In this document: positions 40,117 through 49,216 of the stretch, one piece after another
Layout: each line of letters opens with the position of its first letter
How positions within the stretch are numbered: position 1 is the stretch's first letter
IMG/VR virus record: IMGVR_UViG_3300008116_000137
Span: 1 to 58,132 of that record
From: a virus
Lineage: Duplodnaviria; Caudoviricetes
Strand: one strand, 5' to 3'
DNA: 58,132 bases
Made by a program: the position numbers and the translations under genes
Notes under the pieces: model-generated
What the model was told of the DNA's origin: nothing
The model's input: only the letters and a program-made list of their open reading frames with translations
The model's database searches: none

Positions 40117-42602
40117 CAATATTCTGGGTAGTAATAATCATATTGACTGCAATCATATGGGCCATTATACTAGGTGGTAGGGGTCCAGGAAATGGAGTAG
40201 GATAATGACACATGAAGACGCATTGGAACTGATTAAGATCATTAAGTCTATTGACACGGGATTATTCAACATTTGGATTATTCTCATGGCGCATATGTTT
40301 ATATCAGCAATGAAGCGGTAGCTCAAATGAAAATCACCATTCCTATGCCTGATGTGAGTATGTGGCCCATTTTTATGTCAGAGGGCTTTATTGTGCTTGC
40401 CTTAGTCATAGGATGGTGTTACTATTACTTATTGGCTCGTTACGGAACTATGAGGGTCGAATGACAAAGATCACTAAAGCATTCACAGTAGAAGACTATG
40501 TGACTATTGATTGTGAGAATTTGGAAGCATTTAGACATCAAATTGATAATTGGATTAAACGATATGGTTCTAATGCATTTTTTACATTTGAACCGCATCG
40601 TTATTATGATGATGATGTTCTGGTCATCAAGGCGGTGCGTGAAGAGACGGATGAAGAATATGCTATTCGAATGAAAAGGAATGAAGAACAAAGGCTATCC
40701 CAAGAAGAAAAAGATCGCAAAGAATATGAGCGTCTAAAAGCTAAATTCGGAGAGTAGTCATGAACATGTATGACATGATAGAGAATATCGAAAACATGGT
40801 CAATACTGTAGTAAACAGCATGACTGAAGTGAAGCCTGAACAATTAGGTCTTGACAAGCGGTCGGCATATAGACTATATGTATCGGAAGAGGCGATTGCT
40901 ATTTCGAAGAACCAGGATGGTTCTCTTCAGTATTATGGAGGGTTTGAGTATGTTGACAAGAACAGTCGTATAGAGGTTGGCGACTATGTGTTTTATACCG
41001 CCGATGATGAAAGAGTAGCTGGCAGCATTCAATTTTACGAGGATGCGAATGCAAATGCAACTGAACAAGTCTGATCCGTTATACTTGTATCATCGTATTG
41101 ATGCCTGTTCATCAATTCATGAAGCATATAAGCTAGTGTATCAGTGGGTCAAGCAGGATCATATCACGCATAGAGAGATGGGTGATCTGGTTATCTATGC
41201 ACATGATTATTTTCACCATGGGATGAAGTGACATGAAGATCAAGACATATAAAACAGTCAAGCAAGAGGTTGAGATTGAGGTAGATGATCGCATCTATGG
41301 TGCTGATAATGTTGGTGACGGGAATGCCTGGATGATTGCAAACATTATTTTGAATGGTTGTCTTCCAAAAATGATTGACAGTCTTCATGGGCAAGAGTAT
41401 AACGATATCTTCTTCGTTTGTGACAAGATCAACGAAGCATTTCAAAAGGCAGATAGAATCCTGGAGATTATGAAATGAGCAACTGGACATATACACTCAA
41501 CTTTCGTGATCTTATCACAGATGAACCCCTCAATGAGGATCAGTCGATCATTCGTGCGAAGTCTATGGCTAAACGGTTATCCTCATTCATCAATGGGTTT
41601 GATGATAAGGATGATGATTATATGGTATATGAATTGTGGGATGTATATGAGTTATTGAATAACTCCATTTCTGTGGATGAAATCAATGAGGGTCTGGATG
41701 CACTATATGATGTGGCAGACACGTATAGAATTTGGGTCAAGTGAGGGAGAATAATATGCACATCTTCTTTAAGATTATCTTTCCTGTTTTTATTATTATA
41801 TGGCTTGCGATTGCAGGAACAATAGTGTATACAGGTATGAGAGAGCATGATCTTATGGTGGCCTGTTCTGCTTCTGGTGATCCCAAGAGTAAGGAATGCT
41901 TTCAGTATGGTGTATATATTGGCAATCTTCGCACTGTCAATATGAATATTACTAATGGAGAATAATATGTCAGAGAATGAAAGATTAGAACTCCTGGATC
42001 AGATTAAGTGGCTAGAGGCACAGGTAGAGGCATTGGAACTTGAATTGTCTGATGCGAGGGAAATGATTAAACAATTGAATCAAGAGAATAGAAAACTACA
42101 GGAGGCATATAGTAATGCTTCATGGTCTATTGAAAATGGGAGATGGTAATATGTCAAAGATTAAGGATATGCTTTCTAACACTGACTATGATTTGGCGGA
42201 TGAGATTACCATTGCCAATCTTCTTTCCTCCTATGATAATATACTTCATAATGAGGCGCATTCCTGGACACATCCAGATGATATTGCATATTACGAAGAA
42301 ATCAAGACTGCTCTTAGAAGGGTCATCAAGCATTATTCTACAAATGGTGATTATCTAATTGAAAAGGTAATTCGAAACAGTAAGGATAAGGTTGCATCCA
42401 GACTAGCCAAATATCGTATTGCTACCATGGGAAACAATAATGAATAAAGAACTTTCAATCAAGACTATTGAAGATGTTCTGAGACGCTTTCTTATATTAG
42501 ATCAATATAAAGATAAACGATATGTATATAATTCAGGTAGATCATATAATGTATATGATATCGCAGAAGAAATCTATAATGAATTAGAAAAGAATACCGT
42601 TG

Positions 42603-42680
42603 AACCTTTGGACCTTGATACCTTTAAACCTTAATGACCTTTTATACCTTTACTGACCTTTAAGACCTTTGATGACCTTT
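42603..42680 (+). repeat. ACCTT/GACCTT short-repeat array
   Basis: 9 ACCTT copies at 8-10 bp spacing. Confidence 0.9.
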
Positions 42681-42889
42681 GAAAATAATATAACCCTTAC
42701 CATCAATCATCATATATCATTACTATTGAATGAAAGTATAGTGTATTGGTATGAAGACAATAGTAGTAAAAAAATAAAATATTTTTGTTGATTGTCGTAT
42801 GATGTATGGTATGATATAGGAATGATATAGGAGAAGAATAATAGTAATATGTGGTCAATATGAACATAGAATGATAATAGTGGTATTTA

Positions 42890-42902
42890 TAAGTCATTGA
42901 TT
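42890..42902 (-). promoter_or_regulatory. IHF consensus site
   Basis: Reverse complement AATCAA-TGAC-TTA matches WATCAANNNNTTR. Confidence 0.6.
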
Positions 42903-43115
42903 TATATAGTGTTGTATGGAATAGGTCAGTGGTGTTGACGTATATTTGTGAAATTGTATTACAAGTTTGTGTGAATTATATCATAGTTTATATGATTAAA
43001 ATCCTCGGTTGTAGAGTGTAATAAAATCAATAACATACGACACACATTTTCTGCACAAGCACGGTATCACAGCCACCAAAATCTGTCAAGCACAGACATG
43101 GCAGTTGTATACAGT

Positions 43116-43348
43116 CGAATGTGAACTTGAACTGAACAATAACAAATGTCAACTGTAGCTTGGCCATACGAATGTCAACTAAAGCATAGCCATAAGCGTT
43201 TATGTAAACACCGAATGTCAACTCAAACATAACCATAACGAATGTCAACTTGAACTGTGCCATAAGCGTTTATGTAAACACCGAATGTCAACTTGAACTG
43301 TGCCATAACGAATGACAACTGTGGCTTGGCCATAGTGTATATGTAAAC
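43116..43348 (+). repeat. Array of seven ~27-bp direct repeats (CGAATGTCAACT-N8-10-CCATA), some followed by a GTTTATGTAAAC block
   Basis: Units begin at about 43116, 43143, 43169, 43212, 43239, 43282, 43309. Confidence 0.9.
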
Positions 43349-43513
43349 TTTTCGAATAGTCTATCGAAAAAGTTAAGTATACATTCCGGCGATATTAGTC
43401 TATCGATTTTGCATAGTATACATTCCCCCGATACTTGAACTGTGCCATATGGCGGTATACAAACAGAATAGCACTGTATACATTCGATGTCAAATGGCCG
43501 GTTTTCGTGTTTT

Positions 43514-43796
43514 GTTCCCGTTTTGTTCCTGGTTGGTTGCTGTTTTGTTCCTGTTGGCGGTATCTGTTTTGTTCCCGTTTTGTTCTAGTTTACAATCAAT
43601 TTTCTTTAAAATGTTTACGTAAACAGGGTCGATTTTTTTCGTTCTCGTTTTGTTCTCTTGTAGTATACATTCAATTAAGTATACGTAAACACGATTGTAT
43701 GCATTCATAGAATAGTTTACGTAAACAAGGTTATGTTGTATACATTCAATTAAGTATACGTAAACATGGGTATGTTTTTTTGTTCTGTTTTTGTTC
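43514..43796 (+). promoter_or_regulatory. Cluster of alphaproteobacterial LexA (SOS) boxes GTTC-N7-GTTC
   Basis: Perfect boxes at 43514-43528, 43571-43585, 43641-43655, 43782-43796; near-match at 43536-43550. Confidence 0.75.
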
Positions 43797-43845
43797 TCTC
43801 TTTTAGTCTACAATCAAAAAAATGAAAAAAAAATAAAAAATGTTA

Positions 43846-43875
43846 TTGACAGGGGCGGGGCGAATAGCATATAAA
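43846..43875 (+). promoter_or_regulatory. Early sigma70-type promoter with A-tract UP element
   Basis: A-tracts, then TTGACA and a TAGCAT/CATATA -10 region. Confidence 0.6.
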
Positions 43876-43901
43876 AAGACATGGTAACGGGAGACAAGCA
43901 A

Positions 43902-44552
43902 ATGGTAAAGCTCTCTAATACGTCGAAACTAAACGCAAAATCCTGGTCGTTAAATGCAGGAAAGACATGTCCAGGTTCTATTGATCCTGCCACAAAAGAG
44001 GTTTTGCCGGTTTGCAGCGGCTGCTATGCTAAGGGCGGAAACTATCGCTTTTCCAATGTCGTCAATCCCCGCAATTTTAATCAGGCCGATTGGAAACGTC
44101 CAGAATGGGTTTCCGACATGGTTGCGGCTCTAAAAACGGAAAGATTTTTCCGTTGGTTTGATAGCGGCGATATCTATCATCCCGCACTGGCATTTAAGAT
44201 TTTTCTTATATGTCAACAAACCCCATGGGTTTCGCATTGGATACCTACCAAGTCGTATACAATCCCGAAAATCCGTGCGGTATTGGACAGAATAGCAGCA
44301 TTGCCTAATGTCGCATTGCGCTTTTCGTCACCTAATGTAAACGGTGATTTTATTCCTGGTTTACATGGTAGTGTCGTTATTCCTAACGATACTTTTGAGA
44401 CAAGCGCCGACATAGTTTGTGGCGCTTATACTAGGGGCGGAAAATGCGGCGATTGCTTTGCATGTTATGACAAGAATGTAAACGTGGTTGCATATGTCGC
44501 CCACGGCAAGGTTATGCAATCAAAAATAAAAAAGATGAAAATCGCCGCCTAG
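43902..44552 (+). CDS. GP88-family (radical-SAM-like) phage protein, ends KIAA
   Basis: TSKL..SWSL.A..TCPGS..C.GCYA..G.Y, FRWFDSGD, HWIPTK, C..C..C motifs. Confidence 0.75.
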   Translation: MVKLSNTSKLNAKSWSLNAGKTCPGSIDPATKEVLPVCSGCYAKGGNYRFSNVVNPRNFNQADWKRPEWVSDMVAALKTERFFRWFDSGDIYHPALAFKIFLICQQTPWVSHWIPTKSYTIPKIRAVLDRIAALPNVALRFSSPNVNGDFIPGLHGSVVIPNDTFETSADIVCGAYTRGGKCGDCFACYDKNVNVVAYVAHGKVMQSKIKKMKIAA

Positions 44553-44749
44553 CTATTGACAAGCCGGGATTAATCCTATAAAATGGATTGGTCCCGGTTT
44601 TTTAGTATACAATTAAAAATGTTTACGTAAACGCTAATTTTATTTTAGTATACGTAAACACGAATTATTTTCAGTCTACAATTATTTTTTTCTTGCAATG
44701 TCGTTTTGGATATGCGAAAACATAATGGTCGAAACGATAGGGTGACGAG

Positions 44750-45076
44750 ATGGAAAACGAAACGACGAAAATTCTTCGATGGAATTCCAGCGGTGATGTC
44801 TGCCATAATGGTTGGACCAATTATGCAACCTGGAAAGTCAATCTAGAACTGTTGGACGGTCTAGACAGTGACTTTTTCGACGGGAACGATGTTGCTGATC
44901 TAGCAGAAAGCATCAAGCTTTACGTGGAAGAATATCTTGAAAGCGAGGGAAACGATGTTACGTTAGACTTCGCTCTTGCTTTCATTGCCGATGTAAATTG
45001 GCACGAAATTGCAGAAGATATCTTGGCAGGGGAAGAAGAAGCAAAAAAAATAAAAAATCTTGAAAATGCCGCTTGA
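44750..45076 (+). CDS. Conserved acidic phage early protein, ends ENAA
   Basis: NGWTNYATW.V.L and VNWHEIAE motifs. Confidence 0.75.
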   Translation: MENETTKILRWNSSGDVCHNGWTNYATWKVNLELLDGLDSDFFDGNDVADLAESIKLYVEEYLESEGNDVTLDFALAFIADVNWHEIAEDILAGEEEAKKIKNLENAA

Positions 45077-45144
45077 CAATATCTGGAACCTGGTCTATAT
45101 TCTGATCATAGGCAAACGGCCTATAGCACAAAAGGGAAAACACC

Positions 45145-45384
45145 ATGATTAACGTGAATGCGAAGAACACGTCGAACGTCACCACGATTAAGAACCATTT
45201 GAACAATTATGGTTCTATCACGACGCAGGAGGCGTTTCAGTATTATCGCATGTCTGGTGGAACTGTGACGAAGGTTATTTCCATTCTGAAAAAGGAAACT
45301 AACTTGCCGATTAACTCACTCTTTATCAAAGACGGTGTTGACGGTCGTCGCTTCAAAAAGTATATTCTCAATATCGCCGCTTAA
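45145..45384 (+). CDS. Winged HTH (HTH_39-like) protein, ends NIAA
   Basis: I..HL...GSIT..EA...Y......IS.LK pattern; own promoter TTGACA at 45073. Confidence 0.7.
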   Translation: MINVNAKNTSNVTTIKNHLNNYGSITTQEAFQYYRMSGGTVTKVISILKKETNLPINSLFIKDGVDGRRFKKYILNIAA

Positions 45385-45391
45385 CAATATC

Positions 45392-45413
45392 AGGGCGGGT
45401 TAGTGCCCGCCCT
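45392..45413 (+). terminator. GC-rich hairpin after the HTH gene
   Basis: agggcggg-ttagtg-cccgccct. Confidence 0.65.
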
Positions 45414-45589
45414 ATTCTCTCTAACAGGATGCAATGCGATGGATTATATTGACGATTCAAAACGAGTGCAAATGTTGTCGATGGCTGCTGTTGTCGTCGG
45501 GTTACTGTTGGGCGTTGTTATGGTTGCCGCCCTTGGTTAACCTTTCTGGACCTTGCTAGACCTTGGCAATACCTTTGGGGGAAATAAAA

Positions 45590-45763
45590 ATGCGATACAA
45601 GACAGAATATGAAATCGAAGCCGCCGCCGAAAGAAAGATGAATGCATTAGACAGGGAATTGACGACAGGTCTAATCAGTCAGGAAGAATATGACGAAAAG
45701 GCTTGCGATATTGAACGTTGGGCAGATTATCATTATGAACGATTGGCAGATGAAGTCTACTAG
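45590..45763 (+). CDS. Small acidic hypothetical protein
   Basis: MRYKTEYEIE..G.ISQEEYD; followed by a terminator. Confidence 0.6.
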   Translation: MRYKTEYEIEAAAERKMNALDRELTTGLISQEEYDEKACDIERWADYHYERLADEVY

Positions 45764-45790
45764 TATTTAAGCGGGGCGATTAGGAAAGGC

Positions 45791-45820
45791 AAGGCGGGCA
45801 AGATATTGCCCGTCTTTTTT
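45791..45820 (+). terminator. Rho-independent terminator
   Basis: aaggcgggcaa-gata-ttgcccgtctt + T run. Confidence 0.85.
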
Positions 45821-46038
45821 ATTTGTTAGTGTTTACAATTAAGCTATATCATAGCAATAAAAACAAAAAGCATAAACTGTGCTATTCTATTTTTAATCAG
45901 ATTGCGTTTTGTTCAAAATTAAGCGAAGGCTTGGCTGTAAACGGTGACGCTGGCTTAAACTGTGGCTTGGCTGTAAATGGTCGGTCGGGTGGAACCGTGG
46001 CCTTGACCTTTGGACCTTCGTTATCTAAAACTTGACCA

Positions 46039-46196
46039 TAGGGTCCCATCCGTGGGTTCCCAATAAGGTACCGGTTTCTAAATTATATGGAAAACATTTT
46101 ACCTTCAAAAACAAAAAAAGTTACTATAGGGTCCCATAAACGGGTCCCCTTTTTCTACAGAAAAACCTATACTAGGGTCCCATATTAGGGTCCCAT
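46039..46196 (+). repeat. GGGTCCC(AT) repeat cluster
   Basis: TAGGGTCCCAT x4, plus GGGTCCCC and GGGTTCCC variants, in an intergenic region. Confidence 0.85.
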
Positions 46197-46233
46197 AAAT
46201 ATTTTAAAATATTCTTCATATAGGTAAATTTCC

Positions 46234-46695
46234 ATGAAAACTTTTAAACAGTTCATAGAATCAACAGAGTATTTGTCAGAGTTATTTGACAAACCTACCA
46301 AGTACAAATCTATGTCTCATAAAGAAATGGGACTCAACAGAGAAGAAAGTGCCAGTGGTAGATTTCATGGATATCATTTCAAGCACAATAATCAATCTTT
46401 TCGTGTAGGCGTATATCATCATCCAAATGGCCATGCAGAAGTAGATTTTGATACTGGCGGATCACATGATATTACCGGAAAGCATGGTCATTCTTCTCAT
46501 AAGATATTTTCTTCTGTTCACAAAATACTAAAAGATCATTCAGACAAACATAAGCAATTATCTCATTATAGATTCTATTCAGATGCAAGTCAACCCTCTC
46601 GTGGAAAACTATACCATAAATTGACAAAAAAGATGGGTGGTGTTACGAAGAAGGGTGAAGATGATCACGAACATATTGTTCCTATAAAAAGATAA
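46234..46695 (+). CDS. His-rich putative internal head protein
   Basis: MKTFKQFIE N-terminus typical of T4-like capsid-targeted proteins; CATAAATA late-like promoter upstream. Confidence 0.6.
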   Translation: MKTFKQFIESTEYLSELFDKPTKYKSMSHKEMGLNREESASGRFHGYHFKHNNQSFRVGVYHHPNGHAEVDFDTGGSHDITGKHGHSSHKIFSSVHKILKDHSDKHKQLSHYRFYSDASQPSRGKLYHKLTKKMGGVTKKGEDDHEHIVPIKR

Positions 46696-46713
46696 ACATT
46701 AACAAAATTTAAC

Positions 46714-46741
46714 TTGACATAATTTTTAAAGTCTGTATAAT
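46714..46741 (+). promoter_or_regulatory. Sigma70-type promoter TTGACA-16-TATAAT
   Basis: Consensus hexamers. Confidence 0.7.
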
Positions 46742-46985
46742 GTTTCTGTTGGGAACAAATAATAACTATTTTCTATTGAAAGGTTTTACATTATGCCAAG
46801 AAAGAAGTCTAATGTTATTCGAGTGAATTTCCGAAGAAAAAAGAAAACAAAAGGTTTTTCAATTGGTGCAAATATTAAAATGCCAGTTGACACCAGTAAG
46901 AATGCTGATATTATTCATGTTGATTTCACAAATGTAATTAAATGTTCTGATATAGAATACATTATTACTATAGGAAATCAATAAT

Positions 46986-47465
46986 ATGAATAAAGAATAT
47001 ATTCCTGTTACAGATAAGGAAAAACAAATGAGAACATATATTGTAGATATTGATGGAACACTGGCAAATACAAATCATAGAATTCATCATCTATTAAAAA
47101 GTCCTAAAGATTGGAAATCATGGCATGAAATGTCCATGGAAGATGATGTTCATTGGGAATTGGTAGATATTCTTAAGATGGCTATTAAGAATAATGTATT
47201 AATTGTTCTTTGTACAGGAAGAGATGAAGTATATCGAAAAGAAACAGAACTATGGTTGACTATTAAGGGTATTCCTTATGACTATCTATATATGAGAGAA
47301 AAAAATGACCGAAGAGATGATGATATCGTAAAGCTAGAAATGCTAGCTGATATCAAAAATAGAGGTTTTAATCCTGTTCTTGTATTTGAAGATCGTGATA
47401 GAGTCGTAAAAATGTGGAGAGAACAAGGAATTCGGTGCTATCAGGTCGCACCAGGTGATTTTTAG
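46986..47465 (+). CDS. HAD-family phosphatase (PseT 3'-phosphatase-like)
   Basis: VDIDGTLA, CTGR, LYMR...D.R.D...K, FEDRDRVV.MWR. Confidence 0.88.
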   Translation: MNKEYIPVTDKEKQMRTYIVDIDGTLANTNHRIHHLLKSPKDWKSWHEMSMEDDVHWELVDILKMAIKNNVLIVLCTGRDEVYRKETELWLTIKGIPYDYLYMREKNDRRDDDIVKLEMLADIKNRGFNPVLVFEDRDRVVKMWREQGIRCYQVAPGDF

Positions 47466-47983
47466 TAAAAAACAGGACAAAATTAATGGAAGAAGAACTT
47501 TTAACACTGCAAGGACAGGTAAATCACAGAGAAGAACGTAAAAATTCTCTTAAAAATAGTAAAAAAATCAAAAAATTACCAAAAAATCCATCAAATTTGG
47601 CTATTGATGCCGCTGTTTTGGCTTATCTTCAGCCAATGATTGATAATGAAATGGAAATTGATGAAATTTTACTAAAACATGTGAGAGAAAAGATCAAAAA
47701 AGTGTTAGAAGCAGCATATTCAGTGGATTGGAGTTAAAATGTTACTGGACTATTTCGTTTTTGGTGTCTTTATCGGTATGGTACTGTTCTTTGTAGGTAT
47801 GATATTGATGATCTACAGAAGTTTTTGAATAAAAATTTTTTTGAGCAATATGTAGTACCTGATATTCATATGTCCAGTGGAGGAGTTGGAGGTAAAATAG
47901 TAAACTTATAGAAATAAAATTTTATATATTTGAAAGTTAGGTTTTTAGCTTCCAACACTTCCACTCGTAAGGGGGAGGGGGGG

Positions 47984-48017
47984 AAAGAGAGACTTCTGAA
48001 CAACAGGAGTCTCTTTT
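47984..48017 (+). terminator. Rho-independent terminator directly after a G5AG7 tract
   Basis: agagacttctg-aacaa-caggagtctct + T run. Confidence 0.8.
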
Positions 48018-48343
48018 TGTTTGTCAATTTGACACAGAATGAATTATGAGTTAATATGTAACTATGGACAATCTGTAGAAGGTAAATAATAATTGCAAAT
48101 AAAGAAAACATATACGAACAAGATTTCTTCAAAAGTTGACGAAAGGAAACCTATGTCAAAAAGAAAGAAACCAAGTCAGACTGACATCTATGAATTTCTT
48201 CCATTTGATGACATTACTTCAGAAGAGATTTTGGAATTGGCTCAACTAATCAGAATTGGTGTATGTGGAAGTGTATTAGAAAATGCTTCTGAAAAACTAA
48301 AAAGACACTTTGAAAAAATCGATACATAAAGAGGAAACTATAA

Positions 48344-48667
48344 ATGAGTGAATTTGGCGAACTGATGGTATTGAACGGGTATAACAAAAACTATACCAAT
48401 GACAATATCTATTTTTATACAAAACATTTTAATAAATATTCTATTGCAGTATATGAATATGATTTTACATCTATGAGACAGCCATATAATCTTCATCCAT
48501 ATAATGGACCTGACTATAGATATGACGTAAGAACAGAATTCAATACTAGCGAAGATATCTATGTTCGTGTAAGTTTTGGATTGGAAAATAGAAAATTGAA
48601 CAAAGAAACAGTAGACTTTTTTGAAAGTAAATGTTTTGATATGTTTGTGTTTTCGGGAGGTGTATAA
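48344..48667 (+). CDS. Hypothetical protein (resembles 35762..36067)
   Basis: RBS gagga; similar L..GY..F / I.VY.YDF / F...G pattern. Confidence 0.6.
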   Translation: MSEFGELMVLNGYNKNYTNDNIYFYTKHFNKYSIAVYEYDFTSMRQPYNLHPYNGPDYRYDVRTEFNTSEDIYVRVSFGLENRKLNKETVDFFESKCFDMFVFSGGV

Positions 48668-49216
48668 TGAAGTTGGTCGCAGCAATGGTTTTCATGTGTT
48701 TCAGTGGCACATGTCTGAAGTATGATGTAGAAGTAGAAAACAAAGCTTGTTCATACGGATCGTTCAAAGGACGATATATGGGTATGGACGCAACATTAGG
48801 AATAAAGTGTCATAAATGACAACAATGGAAACAGAAAAGAAGTATGTCATAGCCTGGAAATCAAAGAAAACTGATTTTGAGGGTCAAGGGGAAACTTTGT
48901 TTACTTTTGAAAGTGCTACTATTTACTGTGAAGAGTTAAACAATGATTTTCCTTTTTTGGAACACTGGCCAAAAAAAGTCATTGAATAAAAATGCGGCAT
49001 ATATAATTAACACAGATAATAAAGGTGAAAATATATGCAAAGAGCCAGTATGTTTGAAATTTATTCTAGTATGCCGATACCTCATTTGGAATATCTGGAT
49101 GATTCGGCATTTTTAGTAAATGTTCTATTTTCGTTCTTTTTAGGTGGGTCTATCGGTATTATATTATCTTATGTTATTTTTGAAATCATAAAAATAATTA
49201 AAGAATAAGAGGTCTC

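Larger units (their letters stand above)
30532..42634 (+). other. Hyperplastic early region: about 45 tightly packed small co-oriented ORFs, mostly hypothetical
   Basis: Overlapping stop/start codons, GGAG RBSs, internal TTGAC(A/T) promoters at about 31632, 32708, 33771, 34747, 38412, 39082. Confidence 0.85.

Noticed and set aside
43116-43348. Possible mini-CRISPR array
   Set aside because: Constant part only ~12 bp, variable parts 8-10 bp and recurring, no cas genes in the window
43027-43710. ORFs 43027..43263(-), 43435..43710(+), 43490..43708(-)
   Set aside because: Translations merely mirror the DNA repeats; no convincing RBS; treated as non-coding
45823-46035. 70-aa ORF after the terminator
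   Set aside because: Lies over the repeat motifs, has no RBS and starts right after a strong terminator
46699-46713. CtrA box upstream of the 46714 promoter
   Set aside because: TTAA half-sites are 6 bp apart rather than 7, in very AT-rich DNA
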